This document shows, in pieces, positions 29,055 through 39,418 of a stretch of 64,000 nucleotides of DNA. Below the pieces are notes generated by a model that was given only the letters and a program-made list of their open reading frames with translations, had not been told where the DNA came from and searched no databases. Source of the DNA: an uncultured Caulobacterales bacterium. Lineage in GTDB: Bacteria > Pseudomonadota > Alphaproteobacteria > Caulobacterales > Parvularculaceae. The position numbers and the translations under genes were made by a program. Positions within the stretch are counted from its first letter, which is position 1; every line of letters starts with the position of its first letter. The stretch is taken from assembly GCA_964392325.1 (NCBI GenBank), contig CAYMPJ010000002.1, forward strand, positions 65,521-129,520, given 5' to 3'.

Positions 29055-30701
29055 TTATTTTTTATAATGATCAAAGGCAAAAGCCTTGATCAAGCTCAAA
29101 GTCATTAAAGCCATAACCACCGAAAAGGGTAGCGCCCCGACGATCATCGCCGCCTGTAGTGCCCCTAGCCCCCCAACATTCAAAAGCGCCGCGATAATAC
29201 CGCCCAAAATAAGGGACCAGATAATAATCATTTTATTGTAGTTTTTGGGGCGTTCACTCGAGGCCGCAATCGTATTTACGACCAAAATAGCAGAGTCGGC
29301 AGATGTAATTAAATAGGTCAACAAAAGCACAACAATAATCGCCGACATAATAACAGCGAGCTGTGAATTAAGAATGAGTTGCACGGTAACAAATAATCTT
29401 GAAGAGAGATCCGCATCAACCAGGGCACGTTTGGCAATACCACTCAATTCGAGATCAAGCGCCGCGCCGCCGGCCAGAAAGAACCATGTGAAACACATTA
29501 GCGATGGGACAATAATCGCGCCCAAAACATATTCGCGTATCGAACGCCCGCGTGATACGCGGCATAAGAATATGCCCACAAATGGCGCAAAAGCGATCCA
29601 CCATGCCCAATAATAAATTGTCCAAGCACCCTGCCAGTCAAATAGACTTTTGCCGAGTTCCGTTCCGTCATCTGGCCATACAGTAAATGACATGATGGGT
29701 AATTCTTTGATATACTCCAACATGCCAATCGCCCCCCACTTAAGGGCAAATAGAGCAGACCCGAAAAACAGAAAAAACAATAAAAGGAAAACCGACAGCA
29801 CCATATTCAGATTGGAGAGCCATTTAATGCCTCGCCCGACACCAGATAAGGCCGATAGCATTGACGCAAGGGTGACAATTGCAAGGGCGATATAAAGAGA
29901 AGTAAGCGTCGGTTGACCATCTTCGTCAAGAATCCAGCTTGCATCGGATATATAAAAAGCACCAAAGACAAATTGCTTTACACCAAGACCGATGGTTACT
30001 CCCACACCAATAATGGTGGCAAGAATAGCAATAACATCAATAATATTTCCCAACACCCCATTGGTGTACTTGCCAAATAATGGGGTAAGCGCCGATCGCA
30101 TTGTGAGCGGCATGCCCTTATTATAACTGAAATAGGCCAGTGCCATTCCCACTATGCCGTAAGCTGCCCATGGGGTCAGGCCATAATGAAGCAATGTCCA
30201 TTTATAAGTCGCAGCAATATTATTTTCACTCAAGGCCTGCGTTGCGCCTTTGAGAACGTCGGGATTGCTTTGGAAATGGAAAATTGGCTCGCCGGTAGCA
30301 TAAGTCAGCATACCAACGCCAACACCTGCGCCAAACATCATCGAGAACCATGAGAAATTGGAAAATTCCGGCTTCTCGTCATCCTTACCTAGCTTGATCC
30401 TGCCGGTTCTGGGGATAACCGCCAAAGCCAGACAGGTGATCAAATAAAAGGCTGTGACATAAATATACCATCCCCCGAAATGGGAGATGGTGTAGGCTTG
30501 TATTTCAAGTAATTTTTCGGCTGAGTCTTTTGGATTAGTTACCGTCCACAAAATCAGTAGGCCAACTAATAGTTTTGCACTTATCGCAACATATTTATTA
30601 AAACCACTATAAAAACCTGTATCAGAATTTCTCTGATCAGGTGATTGATTGTCGTTATTTTTATACACTACGGACGGTTTGGGGGAACTGTTTTGGGGCA
30701 T
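29055..30701 (-). CDS. BCCT family (betaine/carnitine/choline) transporter
   Basis: BCCT signature WTIYYWAWWIAFAPFVGIFLCRVSRGRSIREY; 12-TM-type profile. Confidence 0.9.
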   Translation of the reverse strand: MPQNSSPKPSVVYKNNDNQSPDQRNSDTGFYSGFNKYVAISAKLLVGLLILWTVTNPKDSAEKLLEIQAYTISHFGGWYIYVTAFYLITCLALAVIPRTGRIKLGKDDEKPEFSNFSWFSMMFGAGVGVGMLTYATGEPIFHFQSNPDVLKGATQALSENNIAATYKWTLLHYGLTPWAAYGIVGMALAYFSYNKGMPLTMRSALTPLFGKYTNGVLGNIIDVIAILATIIGVGVTIGLGVKQFVFGAFYISDASWILDEDGQPTLTSLYIALAIVTLASMLSALSGVGRGIKWLSNLNMVLSVFLLLFFLFFGSALFALKWGAIGMLEYIKELPIMSFTVWPDDGTELGKSLFDWQGAWTIYYWAWWIAFAPFVGIFLCRVSRGRSIREYVLGAIIVPSLMCFTWFFLAGGAALDLELSGIAKRALVDADLSSRLFVTVQLILNSQLAVIMSAIIVVLLLTYLITSADSAILVVNTIAASSERPKNYNKMIIIWSLILGGIIAALLNVGGLGALQAAMIVGALPFSVVMALMTLSLIKAFAFDHYKK

Positions 30702-30838
30702 ACCTACTCAATGATTTTGATATATCATAACGGAGGCTGTGCCAATTACAAGGATGGCTGCGCTTGCGAGAAGTAGGGCGAGAAAGTGGAGCTAAGAAAT
30801 CTGAAAAGGCAGGGGTTTTGAGATGACCTGAATGGTAT

Positions 30839-31537
30839 TTACGAGGCTTCCAGGCCTTTGATGGCTAACACAAATTCCTCAAAATTATCGATAACAAGGT
30901 GCGCGCCCGCATTTTCCAGTCGCTCGCCATGACCTTCAAAACAGTGCCCACCGCCGCAAAAACCCCAAACCCTCATCCCGGCGGCAAGACCGGCCTTCAC
31001 CCCTTGAACACTATCTTCCAATACGAGGCAATCTTCGGCCGGTTTGGCAATTGACCTGGCGGCATGAAGAAAAATATCGGGCGCGGGTTTGCCATGTTTT
31101 AACCCTTCAGCTGAATAAATGTGTGGTTCAAAAAAGGGGGTCAGGCCAGTATGGTTGAGTTTCCGATCAAGATAAATTTGCTTTGAAGAAGAGGCAACGG
31201 CTAATGCATATCCTTGATCACGAACGTAATTTACCGCGCGATCAGCCCCTGGAACCATTTGTAATTGATCTTTCAACCGTCGACGCGCCTCCACAAGCCC
31301 CTCAAACAACGCAGATGTCGGCTTTTTCCCATGAATATCTATATAGGCGTTTTCCAAAATAGTGCGAAAAACATCATCGCGGTAACCGGTAAATTCGCGC
31401 ACCAGATCAGCCGCGCTCCAGTCAAAACCGTGCCCTCGCAAGAAGGTTACGCTATCATCCAGGCCCAAAGCCTCGCTATCGACGAGAACCCCGTCACAAT
31501 CAAAGAGAATTGCCGAAATTTTAGCCTTAGTTATCAT
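30839..31537 (-). CDS. HAD-IA family hydrolase
   Basis: Motif I LFDCDGVLVDSE, plus later K and DD/ED motifs. Confidence 0.85.
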   Translation of the reverse strand: MITKAKISAILFDCDGVLVDSEALGLDDSVTFLRGHGFDWSAADLVREFTGYRDDVFRTILENAYIDIHGKKPTSALFEGLVEARRRLKDQLQMVPGADRAVNYVRDQGYALAVASSSKQIYLDRKLNHTGLTPFFEPHIYSAEGLKHGKPAPDIFLHAARSIAKPAEDCLVLEDSVQGVKAGLAAGMRVWGFCGGGHCFEGHGERLENAGAHLVIDNFEEFVLAIKGLEAS

Positions 31538-31609
31538 TGTCTATACATGAGGGTCTGCGCGCAAAAAAGAAAGTATGAAACGCAAACTACCTTAAAAAAA
31601 ACTGCCCAT

Positions 31610-31640
31610 AAAAAAACAACGGTGTGAAATCACACCGTTG
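31610..31640 (-). terminator. Rho-independent terminator of hppA
   Basis: A 10-bp stem CAACGGTGTG/CACACCGTTG (31617-31626 and 31631-31640) with a 4-nt loop is followed on the minus strand by a run of 7 T. Confidence 0.75.
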
Positions 31641-31669
31641 TTTCAAAACCAATTAAATAAGATGACGAT

Positions 31670-33793
31670 TTAAGCGCCAATACCAGCAAATACGGCCAGC
31701 ATTAACAACGCCACAATATTGGTAATTTTAATCATCGGATTGACCGCAGGACCAGCTGTATCCTTGTAAGGATCACCAACTGTATCACCGGTTACCGCGG
31801 CCTTATGAGCCTCGGAGCCCTTACCGCCATGATTGCCATCTTCGATATATTTCTTGGCATTGTCCCATGCACCGCCACCAGCGGTCATGGAAATCGCCAC
31901 GAAAAGACCTGTGATGATCACACCGATCAACATCGCACCAAGTGCAGATAGTGCTTGGGCTTTGTCAGCGATTGTGCCGATAGCAAAGAACAAGACAATC
32001 GGTGAAAAAATCGGCAGTAATGATGGAACAACCATTTCCTTGATCGCCGCACCGGTCAACATATCAACGGCCCTCGCATAATCAGGACGGGATGTGCCTT
32101 CCATGATTCCAGGATCAGCCTTGAACTGACGGCGTACCTCTTCAACGATTGCACCCGCTGCCCGGCCCACCGCCTGCATGGCAATACCGCCAAACAAGAA
32201 GGGTAAAAGACCACCGATAAACAAACCACAAATCACATAAGGATTTGAAAGAGAGAAATCGACGACAACACCGGCAAACCATGGGTATTCGTCCGGGTGG
32301 TTAGTGAAATGTTCAATGTCTTTTGTATAGGCAGAAAACAATACCAACGCACCAAGACCGGCAGAACCAATCGCATATCCTTTGGTAACCGCTTTAGTGG
32401 TGTTTCCAACCGCATCAAGAGCATCTGTGGTATCGCGCACCGACCCTTCAAGGCCGGACATTTCAGCAATACCGCCAGCATTATCAGTAACCGGACCAAA
32501 TGCATCTAACGCAACAATCATACCGGCCAAAGCAAGCATGGTCGTAACCGCTGTTGCAATACCGTATAGACCGCCGAGATTATAGGTCATGATAATACCA
32601 ATCACGATCACTACCGCCGGGGCCGCTGTTGCTTCGAGAGATACCGCCAACCCTTGAATCACATTCGTACCATGTCCAGATTCAGAAGATTTGGCGACAG
32701 ACTTAACGGGGCGAAACCCGGTGCCTGTATAATACTCGGTGATAACCACGATCAGACCCGTAATCGCCAGACCAACAGTCCCGCATAAAATCAGGTTCAT
32801 ACCGGTTAGGCCAGTATTGGCAATCTCATCGCCAACGCCAAACATGGTACTGGTCACAAGAGTAATTGCGATCAATGACAAAATGCCAGTAACAATAAGA
32901 CCTTTATAAAGGGCCCCCATAATATTGGTCGATCCACCGCCAAGTCGTACAAAATATGTACCAATGACCGATGTCACGATACAAACGGCACCAATCGCCA
33001 GTGGATAAAACATCAATGTACCAGCCACCGAAGGATAGAGAATTGAGCCAAGCACCATGGTTGCTGCAATCGTCACCACATAGGTTTCAAAAAGGTCAGC
33101 CGCCATACCAGCGCAATCACCAACATTATCACCAACATTATCGGCGATTGTCGCAGGATTGCGTGGATCATCTTCAGGGATGCCCGCTTCCACTTTACCC
33201 ACCATATCGCCGCCAACATCGGCACCTTTGGTAAAGATACCGCCGCCAAGCCGGGCGAATACAGAAATTAGCGAAGCACCAAGAGACAAGGAAATCAGAC
33301 CATTTACAACGGCCCGGCTCTCCGGCGCATTTCCAAATCCGTGCACAAGGATGGCATAATATCCGGCAATTCCCAAAAGAGCGAGACCGGCAACCAACAT
33401 GCCGGTAACCGCGCCCGAGCGGAACGCAACGGAAAGACCTTGTCCAAGGCTTTCACTGGCCGCTTGTGTGGTGCGCACATTTGCGCGAACCGATACGATC
33501 ATCCCGACATAACCGGCAAGACCAGACAGAAGCGCCCCGATTAGAAAGCCCGCAGCTGGGATGGGATCAAACCCGAAAACCAGCAGCAATGCAACGAAGG
33601 TGACACCCCCCACAATTGCAATAGTCGTATATTGTTTATTCAAATAGGCTTGCGCCCCCTCTTGAATAGCCCCGGCTATCTCTTGCATACGCTCATTGCC
33701 TGCGGAGAGAGCCATAACGGATCGCGCAGTGACAACCCCATAAATAATTGCAAGTATGCCGGCCGCTATGACCAACCAAAGTTCTAAGCCCAT
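31670..33793 (-). CDS. hppA: Membrane-bound proton/sodium-translocating pyrophosphatase
   Basis: [20 protein letters not shown] and [19 protein letters not shown] motifs; 707 aa, polytopic. Confidence 0.95.
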   Translation of the reverse strand: MGLELWLVIAAGILAIIYGVVTARSVMALSAGNERMQEIAGAIQEGAQAYLNKQYTTIAIVGGVTFVALLLVFGFDPIPAAGFLIGALLSGLAGYVGMIVSVRANVRTTQAASESLGQGLSVAFRSGAVTGMLVAGLALLGIAGYYAILVHGFGNAPESRAVVNGLISLSLGASLISVFARLGGGIFTKGADVGGDMVGKVEAGIPEDDPRNPATIADNVGDNVGDCAGMAADLFETYVVTIAATMVLGSILYPSVAGTLMFYPLAIGAVCIVTSVIGTYFVRLGGGSTNIMGALYKGLIVTGILSLIAITLVTSTMFGVGDEIANTGLTGMNLILCGTVGLAITGLIVVITEYYTGTGFRPVKSVAKSSESGHGTNVIQGLAVSLEATAAPAVVIVIGIIMTYNLGGLYGIATAVTTMLALAGMIVALDAFGPVTDNAGGIAEMSGLEGSVRDTTDALDAVGNTTKAVTKGYAIGSAGLGALVLFSAYTKDIEHFTNHPDEYPWFAGVVVDFSLSNPYVICGLFIGGLLPFLFGGIAMQAVGRAAGAIVEEVRRQFKADPGIMEGTSRPDYARAVDMLTGAAIKEMVVPSLLPIFSPIVLFFAIGTIADKAQALSALGAMLIGVIITGLFVAISMTAGGGAWDNAKKYIEDGNHGGKGSEAHKAAVTGDTVGDPYKDTAGPAVNPMIKITNIVALLMLAVFAGIGA

Positions 33794-34115
33794 GATTTAC
33801 CTTCCTATGGTGTAGCCCCGCGGGTAACCCCCAAGGAGACATCTACACAACGTTCAATTTATTCATAACCCATCGTATGGCTAGTGACGATGAAGTCAGA
33901 AACTTGACTCTACTGTTCATTAAATTAGCCGGGCGGACGCCCCACCTTTAAGATATATTCGTTTCACCTAATTGTACCGCCCCTATAGCGGAATTCTATT
34001 ATCCCGACCAGCCCGAGAATTTGAGGGAAAATTGCAAAGAGTTCCCTGAAAATCAAGCCCACGAGTCAGCCGTGTTGCATTTTTTATACAGATACTCAGC
34101 TGCCTTGCTACTGTA

Positions 34116-35588
34116 ATGATGTCGCACGAATCAGACGATTTTACTCAGACGATCGTGCAGTCAACGGGAGAGAAAGCCATGACCAAAGAACCGGAACTTG
34201 AGGCTCTTGAAGAAGCTTATACCTATACCCGCCGCTGGCTGGGCAATATTAATGAGGCCAAGGTTGGGGCAGTGGCAAGCGTTGAAGCCCTGCGCGCGAG
34301 TTTTGATATGCCTCTCCCTGAATCGGGCGCTGATCCTGTAAAAATCATCACTGATCTGGCAAAAGCAGCAGAGTCGGGATTAAATATCAATTCTAGTGGC
34401 CGGTTTTTCGCCTGGGTGAATGGCGGGTGCCTGGCCTCGGCTCTTGCAGCAGATTTACTGGTGACCGCCTGGGACCAGAATGCCTCCATGTTTGCGGTGT
34501 CTCCAGCTGCCAGTATCATCGAGGAGGTTGCCGGAAACTGGATGAAAGATTTGCTCGATCTGCCCCGCGAGGCGTCTTTTGCATTCACCACTGGATGCCA
34601 GATGGCCCATACAACCGCGCTTGCCGCAGCAAGATTATCGGTTCTGGAACAAGCTGGCTGGGCCCTCAATGAACAAGGGATGTTCGGAGCTCCAAAAATC
34701 CACCTGATTACCAGCGGCAATCGTCATGGTTCAATTGAACGGGCAGCAAGGTTTTTAGGATTTGGACAAAACTCCCACATCACCGTAAAAACCGATGAGA
34801 TGGGTAGAATGCAAGCGGGGGATCTGCGCGCGGTTCTCTCACAAGCCAAGGGTCCAAAAATTGTTTGTTTAAATGCAGCCGATTTGAATGTTGGTGCTTT
34901 TGATGAATTTGACGAACTCATTCCTGTCGCCAAAGAATTTGGTGCATGGGTGCATGTTGATGGTGCATTTGGGTTATATGCCAGAGCAAGCCGCGCCAAG
35001 CGCCACTTACTTGCTGGTGTCGAGCTTGCTGATAGCTGGGCAACCGATGGCCATAAATGGCTAAATGTACCCTATGATTGCGGTATCGCCATCATTCGCG
35101 ATAGCAAAGCCCACCGGGCCGCTATGACTTTATCGGCGGAATATATCGCAACAGAAAATATTGCCCGCGACCAGATTGACTGGAACATGGAATGGTCACG
35201 CCGTGCCCGCGCTATTCCGGTTTATGCAAGCCTAAAAGAACTGGGGCGCAGCGGCGTAGAAGATATGATAGATAGATGCTGCACTTATTGCGAAGCCATT
35301 GTAAATGGCATTGGCGCTCTGGCGGGGGTACGTGTCCTCGCCGCCCCGACCCTTAATCAGGGACTAATCCGTTTTGAACGGCCCGGGGCGAGTGATGAAG
35401 AAAATAATCAGTACACATTGAATATGATTGAACAGATCAATAAAACTGGCGAGGCTTTTTTCTCCTCCACCTTATGGCGCGGCACGCGAGCAATGCGCGT
35501 TAGCGTTGTCAATTGGCGCACAAATGAGGAGGATGTCAGCCGGACAATTGCAGTAGTTCAAAAAGTCCTGCAGCAGTCTCACGTTTAA
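34116..35588 (+). CDS. PLP-dependent group II decarboxylase family protein
   Basis: PLP lysine region SWATDGHKWLNVPYDCG. The more likely start is the ATG at 34179 (MTKEPEL), which is preceded by GGGAGAG. Confidence 0.85.
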   Translation: MMSHESDDFTQTIVQSTGEKAMTKEPELEALEEAYTYTRRWLGNINEAKVGAVASVEALRASFDMPLPESGADPVKIITDLAKAAESGLNINSSGRFFAWVNGGCLASALAADLLVTAWDQNASMFAVSPAASIIEEVAGNWMKDLLDLPREASFAFTTGCQMAHTTALAAARLSVLEQAGWALNEQGMFGAPKIHLITSGNRHGSIERAARFLGFGQNSHITVKTDEMGRMQAGDLRAVLSQAKGPKIVCLNAADLNVGAFDEFDELIPVAKEFGAWVHVDGAFGLYARASRAKRHLLAGVELADSWATDGHKWLNVPYDCGIAIIRDSKAHRAAMTLSAEYIATENIARDQIDWNMEWSRRARAIPVYASLKELGRSGVEDMIDRCCTYCEAIVNGIGALAGVRVLAAPTLNQGLIRFERPGASDEENNQYTLNMIEQINKTGEAFFSSTLWRGTRAMRVSVVNWRTNEEDVSRTIAVVQKVLQQSHV

Positions 35589-35622
35589 AATTCCAATAGC
35601 AGAGGTAAAATGCGCCTTGTGA

Positions 35623-35645
35623 GCCTAATCCAGTTTTGATTAGGC
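35623..35645. terminator. Hairpin between convergent genes
   Basis: GCCTAATC-CAGTTTT-GATTAGGC forms an 8-bp stem between the decarboxylase stop (35588) and the membrane-protein stop (35657). The flanking T-runs are weak. Confidence 0.45.
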
Positions 35646-35656
35646 CATCATCCGTT

Positions 35657-36856
35657 TTACGGCGCTATGGTTTTATCCAACCATGGGATCAATTGGTTTG
35701 CAACGAAAAACCCTGCAACAGTATCGGCGAAAAGTGAGAACATCCATGTCAGTACTGGAAAAATGACCAGCGCGATCAATCTTATTGTTACGGATGCATT
35801 GATCGGCCACTCACGAACGGAATTAATATAAGTTTTATAATTGATCAAATCCATCTGATTCATATCGCTAGTATTCTGTTTCAAATGGGAGTGTGAAAGG
35901 GAAGAATAATCGCCATTGAGCGCTTGATTGATAACTTCGATTTCCCGGCTCTTGGTTTGACGTAATTTTTTTACGATCCCGGAAACGGGCAAATAGAATG
36001 CGATAATGGAAAACGGCGAAACCAAAATGAGAATTATCAAAGACGGACCTAATAGGTTCAAACCATCAACAATGAGGGCAATGGGGATCACCAATAATGT
36101 ACTGACCATCGCAAACAAAGTCTTTAACCCGACATGAGAATAAACGATTAGGTTATCAGTATTGAGAAGGTTAATCTTGGTGTTGCGCTTACCAACACGG
36201 CGAAAAATAAATCCGCCATTAATGATGATTGCCGTTGCCTGCAAAATAATCACCCATGTGAAGAGAGCCATAAAAAAGCCGAGCAAGAATCCAGTGGGAA
36301 CCTGCTCACCAGCTAAGAAGGCACGCACCTTGGGATTTGTAGAATTTGCAACGAGTAAAAAAACGATTGAAGACAAAGTCATCAATGTGAACTTTACTCT
36401 AGAAACATGGGTAATACGTTTTCTCAATTCAGCGTAGGCATTTTCCGAGAGATCAAGATCAGGGCGCAATCGATCCAAATTCTTCTCATATTGCTTGACG
36501 AGATACAGGCATAATGCGCTCGTATAGCTAATCTGTAGGGCATTTGCTGAGGGTAGATCCAAGATTATTGTTGGTGGCAGGAATATTGCCATGAATAGGA
36601 TAAAAATCAAATATGGATTGAGCCATGAGATATTATTCAATCTCAACAAAAGAGGGTTGCATAATGCTGGCGCAGCAATGGATTTAGGTTTTCGTATAGA
36701 AAGTTTCTTCGCAGGTGAGCTTGTTTTTTGCCCGACTTGACTTTCAATGCGCCCCTCTATTCGCTTTTTCTTTTTTGTCTCTGCACTTTGCCCCGCGGCG
36801 CTATCGAGCAGCTTAGCTGACAAGGAGGAAAGAGGTTTTGTTGTCAAATTTACCAT
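35657..36856 (-). CDS. Hypothetical polytopic membrane protein (399 aa), no family recognised
   Basis: A basic, hydrophilic N-terminus of about 50 aa is followed by about 7 hydrophobic helices with two soluble loops. The ATG at 36856 is preceded by GGGGG-N6. Confidence 0.6.
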   Translation of the reverse strand: MVNLTTKPLSSLSAKLLDSAAGQSAETKKKKRIEGRIESQVGQKTSSPAKKLSIRKPKSIAAPALCNPLLLRLNNISWLNPYLIFILFMAIFLPPTIILDLPSANALQISYTSALCLYLVKQYEKNLDRLRPDLDLSENAYAELRKRITHVSRVKFTLMTLSSIVFLLVANSTNPKVRAFLAGEQVPTGFLLGFFMALFTWVIILQATAIIINGGFIFRRVGKRNTKINLLNTDNLIVYSHVGLKTLFAMVSTLLVIPIALIVDGLNLLGPSLIILILVSPFSIIAFYLPVSGIVKKLRQTKSREIEVINQALNGDYSSLSHSHLKQNTSDMNQMDLINYKTYINSVREWPINASVTIRLIALVIFPVLTWMFSLFADTVAGFFVANQLIPWLDKTIAP

Positions 36857-36899
36857 TTTAAACCCCCTTTCTCCATTATCGGTTTGTATTGAGATCGTT

Positions 36900-37739
36900 T
36901 TATCGACCGAATTTAAACCATTTCTTGGCTGCATTTTTTGCGTGGCGCGTATCCTTCAAACATCCAACAAAGGTCAAGTTTGGACTATATGCCAAATCTC
37001 GCGGCGTGCATGATCCCAAAGGAAGAAACGCTGATCCGATTGTCCGGCGCATTCCTGAATTATCGTGTAAATCGTTGATTGTATCGATAAGGTTGCTTTT
37101 CAATGCATCATAAACTTCTGGAGTCGATGCTGTGAAAGGGTTTTTGCGCGCACCATTGATGATGGCATCAATCCCATACTTATTGGCGGGGGTCGCCTGC
37201 GCCTGATAATAACTTGAAGAAACGACTTGCACGCAAGTCATGGGCGTTTTGTCAGAATTCTCATCCAGCCATTTTACGATTTCATGTTGTATCTGCATTA
37301 GCGCAAGACGCAGAAATTCACGTTCAGTTGAATCTGTGGGGAGTTCACTTGCCATGAGCGCAACCGCAACCAGGAGCAAATCGCTATAAGCATACGCGCC
37401 CCCAACGAAACTTTTTGCTTGCGTTAAAATTGGCGCCACCGGCCAGTCTTGATCTCCCAGATGATTGCCATCGTCAGATACATACCGATACACATCAATG
37501 AGGTTTTGCGCGTTAACATCAACATCAATGGTTTCGTATTTGATGCCGTGTGTTGTGGCTTCTACAACCATGTGCGTATTATTCTCTATACCGATATATT
37601 GTGTAGCGTGACTATAGTCACCCTCATCCAGCATCATGATGATTTTATCAATGTCACTATCACCGCCTGAAAGCAGGACATCACCTGGTTTTAAATCTGC
37701 GAGCGATAATTTTTTTGGATTTGGTGGACGGCGCGACAT
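36900..37739 (-). CDS. Permuted papain-fold (NlpC/P60-like, YiiX/C92-like) hydrolase
   Basis: The motif order is LKPGDVLL, then SHATQYIG, then VVEAT..GI, then later MTCVQVVSSSYY and TPRDLAYSPNL (His before Cys). The ATG at 37739 is preceded by GGGAGAGAG. Confidence 0.55.
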   Translation of the reverse strand: MSRRPPNPKKLSLADLKPGDVLLSGGDSDIDKIIMMLDEGDYSHATQYIGIENNTHMVVEATTHGIKYETIDVDVNAQNLIDVYRYVSDDGNHLGDQDWPVAPILTQAKSFVGGAYAYSDLLLVAVALMASELPTDSTEREFLRLALMQIQHEIVKWLDENSDKTPMTCVQVVSSSYYQAQATPANKYGIDAIINGARKNPFTASTPEVYDALKSNLIDTINDLHDNSGMRRTIGSAFLPLGSCTPRDLAYSPNLTFVGCLKDTRHAKNAAKKWFKFGR

Positions 37740-37924
37740 ATCTCTCTCCCTGAGCATTTAATCATTCACTCTATAGGTCCAACACAAATTGTCAAACCAG
37801 TTATTCACGGCATTACTTCAGCAATGATGGTTGGTTAGTATTATTTTTTTTAATTTAGAAATGAAGATAAGCTATTATATTCCCGCCCTCTAAAGTAGAG
37901 CCTAAGTCAAATCTATTCTGCCTA

Positions 37925-38067
37925 ATGAGGAACCGTGTTGAGCTTTTTCAACGGAGCACGGCTGCGCTGGCAATGCGTGTTAGCATTGACGATTGGCGCA
38001 TGAATGAAGATGATATCACCCGGATAATTGCTGCAGCACAAAAGTCCTGCAGCAATCTCGAGTTTAA
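37925..38067 (+). pseudogene. Orphan, frameshifted copy of the decarboxylase 3' end
   Basis: 37971-38067 aligns by hand to 35491-35588 with about 79 of 98 matches and one 1-nt gap. It translates as AMRVSIDDWRMNEDDITRIIAAAQK, compared with AMRVSVVNWRTNEEDVSRTIAVVQK. Both copies end in GTTTAA. Confidence 0.8.
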
Positions 38068-38079
38068 AAGGCCATGAAT

Positions 38080-38508
38080 TTAAAAGGGAAACGATTTAAG
38101 ATCGGGGTCGACCCAGCGATAGCGCGCCTCCACACTGAAGAGCTTCTCCTTGGACCAATACTCCAGCAACCAGTCACTGCGGCCCATCTGCGTGGCCAGC
38201 AAAGCATTGACTGTCACATATAAAGGTTGTTCATCGGGGGCCTTATTTAGAAAATCTTTTGCACCGCGCAAGGACGCCATCGTAATCGTTTCGTGATATC
38301 CATCACTATCTGAACTTTCCACCCCCGTTGCCTCATTATATGTTCTTATAATTGATGGCATTTGGCCAAAAACATCTCTTTGACCATCAGATAATAGGCC
38401 AATAGCAGCAGCAAAATGCGCATTGTGGGTCCATTCCGGTTTTGGCAATGTATGATCAATCAGCCCGCTGACGACACGGTTGATTTCAATATCTGAACTA
38501 TATGTCAT
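38080..38508 (-). CDS. Hypothetical protein (142 aa)
   Basis: Clean ORF with an ATG at 38508 (MTYSSDIE). No family recognised. Confidence 0.55.
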   Translation of the reverse strand: MTYSSDIEINRVVSGLIDHTLPKPEWTHNAHFAAAIGLLSDGQRDVFGQMPSIIRTYNEATGVESSDSDGYHETITMASLRGAKDFLNKAPDEQPLYVTVNALLATQMGRSDWLLEYWSKEKLFSVEARYRWVDPDLKSFPF

Positions 38509-38558
38509 TTCTTTTTTCCTTTTCGGCTTTAAGTGCGACACCGGATCTGGCGCAGCCC

Positions 38559-38584
38559 CAAAAGGAAAACCCCGCCGGAGGCGG
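38559..38584 (-). terminator. Weak candidate terminator
   Basis: On the minus strand, CCGCC-TCC-GGCGG is followed by GGTTTTCCTTTT. The stem is only 5 bp. Confidence 0.35.
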
Positions 38585-38823
38585 CGAGGCTTGTATGAAT
38601 TGAGATAGTAAGCTTAAAGCTAAAACTATTCTCGCGGACATGCACAAGCACAAACCACCGAAGATCGCTGGTTTGATTGCTGTCGTTGTATGGTCATCAT
38701 CTTGTGCATCAAAGAAGACTAGCAAATGGATCTTCCAGATGCAAACTTGTTTTCTCATTTAAACCGTGCGGCTACAGTTAACGCGCGGCAAATGAGTGGG
38801 CCAAATATCAATTCACCTTACAC

Positions 38824-39315
38824 TTAAAGATCCAAGTGCAGGAATTGATTGAAGTCGCCAGAATAGTCCAGTTCCGCGCTGGCATAGTCACCAAATGCAT
38901 CCCCGCTTTCAAAGCCATAGCGCCGATAAAGAGAAAGGGCGGGCTGGTAAACTTCTCCAACGCCGGTTTCCAGACTTAACCGCTTTAAACCCATTTTTTC
39001 CGCATCAAGGATAATACGCTCAAGGATTTTAGCCCCCACGCCGCGCCTTAAAAAATTATGGTCCGTACGCATGGATTTTATCTCGCCTTGATTGGGGGAT
39101 AATGTCTTTAATGCACCAATCCCCATCAATGCACCCTCGGACCATGCCCCATAAAGGTTTATCTCTGGCGCTTGCAAGGCGCTAACATCAAGAGCAAAAC
39201 TTTTGTCGGGGGGCGAATTTTCGATCATGCCCTCAGTATGAAGTTGGACCAACTCTATCACTTGCGGATCACTAACATCGACGATGTCAACCTTCATAGC
39301 TTTTTCCTTAATCAC
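38824..39315 (-). CDS. GNAT family N-acetyltransferase
   Basis: Acetyl-CoA motif RRGVGAKILE; 163 aa. Confidence 0.85.
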   Translation of the reverse strand: MIKEKAMKVDIVDVSDPQVIELVQLHTEGMIENSPPDKSFALDVSALQAPEINLYGAWSEGALMGIGALKTLSPNQGEIKSMRTDHNFLRRGVGAKILERIILDAEKMGLKRLSLETGVGEVYQPALSLYRRYGFESGDAFGDYASAELDYSGDFNQFLHLDL

Positions 39316-39418
39316 TCAAGTCCTAAACACTGCCAATAACGATATACTAAAGAGTGTGCAACGCCCATTAACTGGTCAGCAATTTTTTAGCTTTGTGATT
39401 ATTTCAACTAAAGCCCCC

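Noticed and set aside
35440-38067. Calling the insert a bona fide mobile element (integrative island or transposon).
   Set aside because: The insert has no integrase, transposase, terminal inverted repeats or tRNA target. I report only the duplication scar and the compositional shift, and leave the mechanism open.
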